Shown in pieces: positions 56,706-64,000 of a DNA stretch of 64,000 nt. The position numbers and the translations under genes are program-made. Position 1 is the first letter of the stretch; each line of letters opens with the position of its first letter. The stretch comes from Nitrospinaceae bacterium (GTDB taxonomy: Bacteria; Nitrospinota; Nitrospinia; Nitrospinales; VA-1): assembly GCA_046754465.1 (NCBI GenBank), contig JBHHVU010000008.1:17214-81213 (forward strand). Reading direction: 5' to 3'. The notes beneath the pieces were generated by a model. That model was not told the DNA's origin. It saw only the letters and a list, made by a program, of their open reading frames with translations, and made no database searches.

Positions 56706-57743
56706 TCAGGCGAAGGACCGGTTGATGCGCCATATCATTTCATTCAACCGGCCAAAATGCCGTTTGTCGAAATTGAATACCAGCCGGGGCAACTCGGGGT
56801 ATTCCTCATTTCTCACTTCTTCCTGAAGAGGGGGAGAGGACTGGATGCGGCCCTGGACCAGGATATCCGAAAATTCCTCATTCAACTGGTCCACCAGGGC
56901 AGGGGAAAGGGGTTTGAGAAATCGTAAAATAGTTTTTCCCCGGACGTAGCGCAGGGAATGGTAGACCCGGTAAAACTCAAGAATATAGTCCCGGGCTTCT
57001 TCCACCGTCCTGGCTTCCTGCAGCAGCTTGCGATCGTCGGTGGAAATAAAACCTTTTTGGATTAAAACCGAGTCCACGAAGTCGAGCCAGGATTTCCAAT
57101 AGTCCCCGTTTTCCGGTTCCAACAACACGATGGGGCGCGGCAGGGTCTTTCCCGTTTGGAACAAAGTCAGGTTTTCGTACCCTTCATCCATGGTGCCGAA
57201 CCCCCCGGGAAGCAACACCGTGGCATCGGATTCCTTGATAAAAATCAGTTTTCGGGTGAAAAAATATTTAAAATTCATCAGTTTCGGGTCCCCGGCGATG
57301 TAGGGATTGGCCTGCTGCTCGAAAGGAAGTTTGATGTTGATGCCGAAGCTGTTTCCTTTTCCGGCGCCCCGGTTGGCGGCTTCCATGATCCCTCCCCCCG
57401 CTCCGGAAATCATCATGAATCCCCGTTCGACCAGTTGTCGCGAAAGCTCCAGGGTCATGGCATAACACGGGTCGGATTCCGGCGTCCGGGCCGAGCCGAA
57501 CACCATGACCTTCCGCACCTCCCGGTAGGGTTCAAAAATTTGGAAGGACGCGCGTAGTTCCCTCAAGGTGGTATGAATTAATTTGTAGTCGCCCATGTCA
57601 CAATGGTCCATGCCCAGTTGGACCGCCGTGGTAAGAATTTGCCGGAACTTTTCGTTGCATTTTCCCGCCGTGCACACTCCCGACAGTTCCTCGATCAACC
57701 CATCAATCCGGGCATCACCGATTCGATAATTCCTGTTGGCCAT
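56706..57743 (-). CDS. LOG/TIGR00730-family nucleotide 5'-monophosphate nucleosidase-like protein (long form)
   Basis: GAGGGIMEAANRGA and PGGFGTMDEGYE motifs, with N- and C-terminal extensions (345 aa). Confidence 0.8.
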   Translation of the reverse strand: MANRNYRIGDARIDGLIEELSGVCTAGKCNEKFRQILTTAVQLGMDHCDMGDYKLIHTTLRELRASFQIFEPYREVRKVMVFGSARTPESDPCYAMTLELSRQLVERGFMMISGAGGGIMEAANRGAGKGNSFGINIKLPFEQQANPYIAGDPKLMNFKYFFTRKLIFIKESDATVLLPGGFGTMDEGYENLTLFQTGKTLPRPIVLLEPENGDYWKSWLDFVDSVLIQKGFISTDDRKLLQEARTVEEARDYILEFYRVYHSLRYVRGKTILRFLKPLSPALVDQLNEEFSDILVQGRIQSSPPLQEEVRNEEYPELPRLVFNFDKRHFGRLNEMIWRINRSFA

Positions 57744-57965
57744 TTCGTTTTGATTTTAGAAGGTGGAAGGATGGAGGCAATCCCATAAAGGCCATACTTT
57801 AGCACCTTTAAAGCGGGAGGGAAAGGCCGGCGGGGCTCCAGAGGGCCTGAAAAAGAAGCCGGTGGAGTTTAAAGGCTTTTTTCAAGGCAAAATTGCTGAT
57901 AAAATTCAGGAATCGCGGAATGGTTCCAATATTAAATGGAATAGTTATGAGAGAGTGCACCGCTG

Positions 57966-58160
57966 ATGAATGATAAGGTTTTGATCATCTCCATCTTGAG
58001 TTTGCTTGGAATCGGAATAGTTGCCGTGCTGTTCATCGCCATCCCCTGGTGGATGGAAAGTGGAGGGGACTGGAAACAGACCCTTTTGGACGACGGTTTG
58101 ATTATCGGGGCGATCGCGTTTTTCGTATATGGTTTTTACATGAATACCAAGATGCATTAG
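57966..58160 (+). CDS. hypothetical small membrane protein (2 TM)
   Basis: 64-aa ORF with two hydrophobic helices and an ATG start. No other support. Confidence 0.35.
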   Translation: MNDKVLIISILSLLGIGIVAVLFIAIPWWMESGGDWKQTLLDDGLIIGAIAFFVYGFYMNTKMH

Positions 58161-58960
58161 AATCCGAATTTTTCCGGATGGCGAATCCGGAAGACGATCA
58201 CCAGGAAAATGCCCAGAGAGATTGCCACCCCGCAGAATCCCAAAAGAATCTCTCCGATATAAAATGTCACCGCCAGGTTGAAAAGCAAGACTCCGAAAAA
58301 AAGTCCCGGCCCCAGGAGCGCCTGGAAAGGGAAACTCCGGGGATGAGCAAGGGGCCGTTTGCGGTCGAGCCAGCGGGTGACCGCGCGGAAACTCGCGAGA
58401 ATGGCCGTTCCCACCAGAAACCAGCCCGCGAAATTGGTGAGGGGAATGTGGAAATACTCCCCTTCCTCCCGGTAGGTATAAATCTTTCCGAGAAACCACC
58501 GGTCCCCGTGAAAAGCCACGGGATCGATGATCACGTCCATCAGCATGAACAAGACCGCCCCGGTCAGAATGACCCGGACGGAGTCTTTTCGTGTTTCCGT
58601 CCCGGTTTCATCCCATCGGATATCCCAACCCTTTCTCTTCAAGGGGGTCCACAACAGGCGGCTCACCGTATAACTGATGTAGGAGAGGAAGGAATAGGAT
58701 AAGGAATCCATGAAAGGCACGTTGGAAATCCAAAGTTCCTGGCCGCGGGTGGTGTCGATGTAGGAATAGAACCCGTAGGGGAATCCATTGCGCGTCGAGG
58801 AATATTCCGAAAGAAAGGCGATCGAATAAGCGAGAACGGTGAATATCACCGACCGGACGATGCCCATATCGAGGATCGCGATGGTCAGATAAAGCGCCAG
58901 GAACACGAAAACGTAGGGGCGCAAAAGAACGGTTCCCCAAAGCAGCGCGACGGTGTCCAT
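58157..58960 (-). CDS. polytopic membrane protein, carotenoid-biosynthesis-protein (DUF422)-like
   Basis: Seven hydrophobic helices. The block STRNGFPYGFYSYID....LWISNVPFMDSLSYSF resembles the DUF422 G.PFG.Y.Y motif, from memory. ATG lies 1 nt after the upstream stop. Confidence 0.5.
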   Translation of the reverse strand: MDTVALLWGTVLLRPYVFVFLALYLTIAILDMGIVRSVIFTVLAYSIAFLSEYSSTRNGFPYGFYSYIDTTRGQELWISNVPFMDSLSYSFLSYISYTVSRLLWTPLKRKGWDIRWDETGTETRKDSVRVILTGAVLFMLMDVIIDPVAFHGDRWFLGKIYTYREEGEYFHIPLTNFAGWFLVGTAILASFRAVTRWLDRKRPLAHPRSFPFQALLGPGLFFGVLLFNLAVTFYIGEILLGFCGVAISLGIFLVIVFRIRHPEKFGF

Positions 58961-58961
58961 C

Positions 58962-59960
58962 TTATCTCGGGGGCGCCGGAAGCGAATGTTCCTGAAACCA
59001 GCGGACCGCCGCCGCCAGCGCGTCCTCCACCGGGTTTTGGGGAAGGCCGAGTTCCCGGACCGCCTTGGAAGAATCGAAGAACATGAAATATTTGGCCATG
59101 CGGACGCCCGCCAGGGGCACGGCCGGAGGGGACCCCGTCACATGGTTGGCCAGGGTTTCGCAGACCCAGCCCGCGGTCCAGGCAACCCAGTAGGGCATTT
59201 TGACCGTGGGGGCCTTGAGTCCGGTGATTTTTTCCAGGGCCGTCAGTATTTCCTTCAACGGCAGGTTGCGGTTGCCGAGGATGTAGCGTTCCCCGGGAAC
59301 CCCCTTCGCCTCCGCCAGGAGGTGGCCCCGGGCGCAGTCGGCGACATCGATCAAATTGAGGCCCGTATCCAGGTACGCTGGCATTTTCCGGTTCAAAAAA
59401 TCCAGAATGATCTTTCCCGTGGGAGTGGGTTTGATATCTCTCGGCCCCACCGGCGTGCTGGGATTGACGATGACCAGCGGAAGTCCTTTTTCATGGAATT
59501 CACGGGCCACGTTCTCGGCCTGGAATTTGGAGATCTTGTAATCGTTGCACAGCGTGGCGGGATCGAACGGCGTTTCTTCGTTAGCGAGGTCTCCGTCCCT
59601 GGACAGGCCGATACAGCCGACGGTGCTGGTATACACCACGCGGGTCAACCCCAAATCCAGCGCCGCTTCCAGGATGTTACGGGTCCCCTGGACATTGATG
59701 TCGTAAATGAGACGCCGGTTTTTATCCCATAAACTGTAATAGGCGCCGGCGTGGTAAAGGACATCGCAGCCTTTCAACGCCCGGCGAAGGGAATCCGAGT
59801 CACGCAGGTCGCCGTGGACGGCCTCAAGGTCCAGGCCGTCGATGTTCGCGGTGTCCGCGTTTTTTCGGACCAGAACCCGCACCTCCCGCCCGGTTTCCAA
59901 TAATTCCCTGATGATGGCCGACCCTAAAAATCCCGTGGCCCCGGTGACTAGTGTTTTCAT
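58962..59960 (-). CDS. NAD-dependent epimerase/dehydratase, HpnA (hopanoid-associated sugar epimerase)-like
   Basis: MKTLVTGATGFLGSAI, YTSTVG and YKISKFQAE (YxxxK). Overall resemblance to the dihydroflavonol-reductase-like HpnA subgroup is from memory. Confidence 0.7.
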   Translation of the reverse strand: MKTLVTGATGFLGSAIIRELLETGREVRVLVRKNADTANIDGLDLEAVHGDLRDSDSLRRALKGCDVLYHAGAYYSLWDKNRRLIYDINVQGTRNILEAALDLGLTRVVYTSTVGCIGLSRDGDLANEETPFDPATLCNDYKISKFQAENVAREFHEKGLPLVIVNPSTPVGPRDIKPTPTGKIILDFLNRKMPAYLDTGLNLIDVADCARGHLLAEAKGVPGERYILGNRNLPLKEILTALEKITGLKAPTVKMPYWVAWTAGWVCETLANHVTGSPPAVPLAGVRMAKYFMFFDSSKAVRELGLPQNPVEDALAAAVRWFQEHSLPAPPR

Positions 59961-60109
59961 TGTTGCAAGGAAAAAAACCTTCGTTGGACGGGTTCTGAAA
60001 GTGAATGGATGCTATTCGACGCCCGGAACGCATTCCATTCGCCGGGGGGGGTTCCGGCGGTTCCCCATTCAATCCGCCAGGGGTCCGCGGCGGGGTCCCG
60101 TTCCGCGGA

Positions 60110-61168
60110 TCAGATGAATATTTTGATATCGGCGGTCTTTTTCAGTTCCATCAAAAGCCGGTTTTTCTGCTTTTCGATTTCCACGTTTAAAAGGTGATTG
60201 AGAATATCCGCCTTGACATCCTTGAAGGGAACGATTTCGCTGGGAACCTTTCCGTTCAGTTTGAGGATGTGGAAGCCGAGGGGACTTTGGATCACTTCGC
60301 TGACTCCGCCGACCCTCAGTTTGGTCATGACCATCGCGATATTTGGAAGCGTCACCGCGGGATCCAGGGAACCCAAATCGCCACCCCGGTCCTTGGTCTT
60401 TTCGTCTTCGGAATACTTTTTGGCCAGGTCCGCGAAATCTTCACCCGCTTTCAGTTTCTCGGCCACGCTGTTGATCTTCATTTGGGCTTCGCGGTTGACT
60501 TCCGCGATCATCTTTTGCGCTTTTTTTTGGGAGGCGGGGTCCCCGGTTTTTCCCTGGGTGGCCGGGTCGAGGGTGGCCACGAAGATGTGGCTGATCTTGA
60601 ACAACTCTGGCCTTCTGAAGGAATCCGGATTTTTTTTATAAAACGCCTCGACCTGGGATTCCGCGACGTGGGTCTTCGGGGCGATTTCTTTACGCATGTA
60701 TTTTTCTATGACCAACTGTTTCTCGACGACTTCCCGCAAACCGGCCACGGTGAGTTTCTGCATCGCCAGGGTTCTTGCGAACAATTCCTCGCTGGGAAAC
60801 TGGTCCCGCATCTTTTTCATCTCATTTTCCACGATGTCCGGGCCGAGCATAATTCCCGCCTTGCGGGCTGTCTGGTACATCAGCTCCTGATCGATTTCCA
60901 CTTGCAGGAGTTCGCGGGCGATTTTTTCCTCCGATGCCGGAGTAATCTTCTGGCCCCGTTGAGCGGAAATAAACTTGTGGGTGGCCATTTTCCTTTGCAG
61001 CAGTTCCGAGGATAATTCCGTCCCGTTCACCGACGCAACGACTTTGGGCACCGCTTTTCCGTTGATTCGGAAAGCATTCTTTTTGGATTCGGCCCCCGGA
61101 GAGTGTGTGGGAATCAGGGCGGCGGCCAGGGCCAATACAACGACAAACTTCAGGTTTCCAGATTTCAT
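60110..61168 (-). CDS. periplasmic SurA/PrsA-like peptidyl-prolyl isomerase (parvulin domain)
   Basis: Signal peptide, a SurA-N-like helical region and a parvulin block (ISHIFV...AKKYSEDEKTKDRGGDLG...SPLGFHILK). Confidence 0.8.
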   Translation of the reverse strand: MKSGNLKFVVVLALAAALIPTHSPGAESKKNAFRINGKAVPKVVASVNGTELSSELLQRKMATHKFISAQRGQKITPASEEKIARELLQVEIDQELMYQTARKAGIMLGPDIVENEMKKMRDQFPSEELFARTLAMQKLTVAGLREVVEKQLVIEKYMRKEIAPKTHVAESQVEAFYKKNPDSFRRPELFKISHIFVATLDPATQGKTGDPASQKKAQKMIAEVNREAQMKINSVAEKLKAGEDFADLAKKYSEDEKTKDRGGDLGSLDPAVTLPNIAMVMTKLRVGGVSEVIQSPLGFHILKLNGKVPSEIVPFKDVKADILNHLLNVEIEKQKNRLLMELKKTADIKIFI

Positions 61169-61398
61169 GGGTTCCTCTCAGGTGTGTAATGGGTCAGAGG
61201 TAAAACAAGCCCCCTCAAATTATTTGCAACAGACCCTTCTCTCCAAGACATCAAAAGCCGGGTGGGCCATAAAGAAAATTCCGCGAACCCGGAAAATCCC
61301 CCTCCTGAAAAAGATAGCGTATGTCGGCAAGGATTTCCACATGGGATTTCAACCGCCGGGTTTTCCCGGGGAGAGGAGCCGTACGCAGGCAGGGCCGG

Positions 61399-62391
61399 TC
61401 AAACGGGGCCGGAGGATCCAGCCTTCGCGGTCTCCGGGTTTTCCGGTTCCAGTTTTTGCAGGCGGCGGTGGGCCAGCCAACCCATGAAAAGCACCATAAA
61501 GACCGCGGGTAAAATAAAGGATAAGCTGGCAGAGAAATAAAAACCGTGCCTTCCCCATGACTCCCAAACCGCCCAGCACGCCAGGGTGAGCCCCGGCAGG
61601 GGAATTCGCAAAAATCGCAGTCCCCTCCGCCGGCCGGTAATCAGTATTCCCCAACCCAAAAGAGGCATCAGGACCAGGAGGAAGGGAACTAATTCGATCG
61701 GCGCGAATTTCCTGATATGCGCCTTGGCGATTCCCTCGCCCCGTTTGATCCGCATCATGATGGCTTCATACCGGTCGCAACTGGGCTTGGAAAGGGGCCG
61801 GTCCCTGTTGCAGTCAAACTTGAAAATATCCAGGGCGCGTTGCAGGTCTCCCGTTTGATCGAGGCTATTTCCCAGATGGTAACAGGGGCCATAATCGCCG
61901 GGGTCGGGCGGACGGTAATCCTGCCGGCACAATCGTTCGAGATGACCATACCCCCTGGAATAAGCGGCGACCTTCAGGTATTCCTTGGCCAGGTAAAAAC
62001 ATACGAGGTCGTTTCCCGCCCGGCAACGGGATTCCAGTTTTTCGCTCGCCGTCTCCAGCCGGCCCATTTGTTTCGCGAGGGAAAGGAAGGGAGTGCAGGC
62101 GCGAAGATGGCCCTGCGTGAGATGATTTTCGCAGGCCGACCGGTAATATTCCAAGGCCCGGTCCAGGTTTCCCGCTTTTTGCTCCGCCAACCCAATCGAA
62201 AGACAATAGATCGTCACCCCCTTCAAACATTGCTCCCGGTAAGAATCCAGATCCGGGTCCTCGGCGGCGGCCCCCGGCTCCGGGGGGAAAATCAAAAGGG
62301 CCAGCCACGCGAGGGAAAAAATGAACCTGGCCCGCAAGGTTCCCCGGCGGCGCGCCCGGCCTGTTCTGGAAGTTCGATGAGGAATATTCAC
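61399..62391 (-). CDS. Cys-rich Sel1-like repeat (Hcp-like) protein with a C-terminal membrane anchor
   Basis: Signal peptide. Three or four repeats fit C-x7-C...G....A..Y...AC (e.g. CLKGVTIYCLSIGLAEQKAGNLDRALEYYRSAC). Three C-terminal hydrophobic helices. Confidence 0.55.
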   Translation of the reverse strand: MNIPHRTSRTGRARRRGTLRARFIFSLAWLALLIFPPEPGAAAEDPDLDSYREQCLKGVTIYCLSIGLAEQKAGNLDRALEYYRSACENHLTQGHLRACTPFLSLAKQMGRLETASEKLESRCRAGNDLVCFYLAKEYLKVAAYSRGYGHLERLCRQDYRPPDPGDYGPCYHLGNSLDQTGDLQRALDIFKFDCNRDRPLSKPSCDRYEAIMMRIKRGEGIAKAHIRKFAPIELVPFLLVLMPLLGWGILITGRRRGLRFLRIPLPGLTLACWAVWESWGRHGFYFSASLSFILPAVFMVLFMGWLAHRRLQKLEPENPETAKAGSSGPV

Positions 62392-62652
62392 AAAATGGTT
62401 TCCAATAAGGCCGTACCTTTCTTAGCTACAACTGTAATGGGGCTGGCGATGGACCCCTATAATTTTCGCACATCCGGGTTTTCCTGTCGATCCTGTCAAA
62501 CCACCCTCACCTCGATCCGTCACACCCTGTTTGTTCCCAGAGGGAGAGGAAGAAGTTCCTTCTCCCATGGGGAGCACCCACAGGCCGATTGCATGAAGGT
62601 AAGATCACTATTTAAATAATTTGCCTGCGTCGTGCTGGCATGGTGCTTGGAC

Positions 62653-62687
62653 AAAAAAAAGGGCCTATGCCGAAACGGCATAGGCCC
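62653..62687 (-). terminator. rho-independent terminator (minus strand)
   Basis: Perfect 12-bp stem GGGCCTATGCCG / CGGCATAGGCCC (62661-62672 / 62676-62687), followed on the minus strand by T8 (62660-62653). Confidence 0.8.
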
Positions 62688-62928
62688 TTGGTATATTTGA
62701 TGAAACGTGAAGGTATCGAATCGAACCCCTGGCCCTCGGATTGCGAATGTCAATCCAGGGATTTTGGGGAGGTTTGGATTTTGGGCGTGTATACCCTATC
62801 CGGGGTCAATGACCCCCTTTTCCTGCCCCCCTTTGTCCCTTGAATGAAGTGCGGGATCACCGGCCCCGTTTCCCGCCGCGAAACGGGTTCTGGACTTGGG
62901 GCCGGTGATCTTTCTGGGTCCGCAACGA

Positions 62929-64000
62929 TCATTTCAACACGGTCACCGTTTGGGCCGCCGTGCCCATACTGACTCCTCCGCTGAATGCCTCCGCCGCCGC
63001 CGTGGCCGGTCCTTCCTTATCCGCCTCTCCGGTCCAGGTTTGGCTCACGCTGCCGCCTGGCGGTACGTCCGCTGCCGCCACCGGGCTGCCGGGGTTGAAG
63101 TTCCTGACACGCCGGTCGGGGCTCACGTTGAAGGAAAGTTCCACGTTGGTCAGTGTCGACGTCCCAGTGTTGGTAAAAGTGACGGTGAACGATGCCAGGT
63201 TTCCCCGGGTGACCGAGGACGGCCCCGCGAGGGTGACCGAGCCCTGGGGCGGCGCCGCGGCCTGGGTGACCGTCACCAATACGGTATCGCTGGCGGAGGC
63301 CCCTCCATTGTCGATGACCATCAGTGTCAGATTGTGGTCGCCGATGGTGAGGGTCGTCGTCAACTGAGCGGCCGTGCCGAGCAGGACCGTTCCTTCGCGC
63401 CACTCATAACTGACGATGGAACCGTCTGGATCGGAAGATGCGCTGCCATCGATGACGACCGGCTCGGAGCCGCTGTTATCGGTGTCGGTCACGACTTTGT
63501 CCGCGCCCGCGTCCGCCATCGGCGACTCATTGGGATTGACCGTGAGCACGGCCGAGTCGGTGGCGGTGGCTCCGCCGCTGTCGGTGACGGTCAGGGTCAC
63601 GGTATGAGCACCGAGTCCCAGAGAGACGCCGAGAGTGGCGCCCGTTCCGAGAAGGGCGGCTCCCTCCCGCCATTCGTAGGAAACGATGGCGCCGTCCGGG
63701 TCCGAGGATGCGGAGCCGTCCAGGGTAAAGAACTCAACCTCATCGCCATTGCTGTCGCTGGCCGACTGGTCCGGTCCCGCCGCGGCGACCGGGTTTTGGT
63801 TGGAAACCACCGTCACGGTAACGAGATCGCTTGCGGTGGCCCCCTCGTTGTCGGTGACGGTCAGGCTGATGGTATGGACTCCGAGACCGAGGGACGCGTT
63901 GACCGTCGATGTATTGCCGATCACGGTGCCCCCCTCGCTCCACTGATATCCGGCAATGGTGCCGTCGGGATCGGAGGAACCGGTGCCATCCAGCGTTACC
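62929..64000 (-). CDS. PKD-repeat surface protein with a C-terminal CARDB/DUF11-like domain (5' end outside the window)
   Basis: Repeated DGSASSDPDG.IVSYEWREG....G......H.VTLTVTD.GGA blocks. The frame is open to position 64000. Confidence 0.8.
   Translation of the reverse strand, partial: VTLDGTGSSDPDGTIAGYQWSEGGTVIGNTSTVNASLGLGVHTISLTVTDNEGATASDLVTVTVVSNQNPVAAAGPDQSASDSNGDEVEFFTLDGSASSDPDGAIVSYEWREGAALLGTGATLGVSLGLGAHTVTLTVTDSGGATATDSAVLTVNPNESPMADAGADKVVTDTDNSGSEPVVIDGSASSDPDGSIVSYEWREGTVLLGTAAQLTTTLTIGDHNLTLMVIDNGGASASDTVLVTVTQAAAPPQGSVTLAGPSSVTRGNLASFTVTFTNTGTSTLTNVELSFNVSPDRRVRNFNPGSPVAAADVPPGGSVSQTWTGEADKEGPATAAAEAFSGGVSMGTAAQTVTVLK

Noticed and set aside
62700-62790. tRNA-like sequence: the minus strand reads AGGGGTTCGATTC, and the plus-strand ORF translates to GIESNP, as tRNA complements often do. 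A nearby 6-bp/7-nt-loop hairpin could be mistaken for an anticodon arm.
   Set aside because: The 3' half of the putative T-stem (CGATA) does not pair with AGGGG. The hairpin loop (ACATTCG or CGAATGT) lacks U33 on either strand. No acceptor or D arm can be built. At most this is a degenerate fragment, not a tRNA gene.
1-64000. Looked for CRISPR arrays, rRNA genes and defence-system hallmarks such as nucleases, ATPase/helicase pairs and toxin-antitoxin modules
   Set aside because: No regularly spaced direct repeats, no rRNA-like conserved blocks and no such protein signatures appear in any of the translated ORFs.

Overview
64 kb of a bacterial chromosome, roughly 55-63% G+C in the 60-nt lines I counted. 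About 55 protein genes are tightly packed, and many adjacent pairs overlap by 1-8 nt (ATGA, TAATG, TGATG junctions). I recognised no rRNA, tRNA, CRISPR array, transposase or integrase. The left part (1-27.5 kb) is mostly housekeeping: htrA-like protease, cysD-cysN(C) sulfate activation plus a 2Fe-2S ferredoxin, cysS, scpB, rluB-like, an MqnC/MqnE-family radical SAM enzyme, a pdxA-rsmA-cobA/hemD operon and pckA. The right part (27.5-56.4 kb) is an unusually large glycosylation and modification region, interrupted by prfB (with the canonical +1 frameshift site) and an MBL-fold hydrolase. It holds three large GT-C-like membrane proteins (one fused to TPR repeats), five GT2 genes, two GT4 genes (one broken in a T10 homopolymer), five class I methyltransferases and an MprF-TM-like flippase-type protein. 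The most interesting segment is a co-directional minus-strand array (41306 down to 27578): GT2, GT-C/TPR, GT2, two tandem-duplicated methyltransferases, two tandem radical-SAM/Cys-rich/TPR fusion proteins sitting in a sharply low-GC (33-43%) island, and a 1213-aa cytoplasmic protein with NHL beta-propellers at both ends. I cannot assign this module to a described system. The window ends with a LOG-family gene, an HpnA-like epimerase coupled to a DUF422-like membrane protein, a SurA-like PPIase, a Cys-rich Sel1-like repeat protein and a 5'-truncated PKD-repeat surface protein. All calls rest on motif reading of the supplied translations and no database search was possible.
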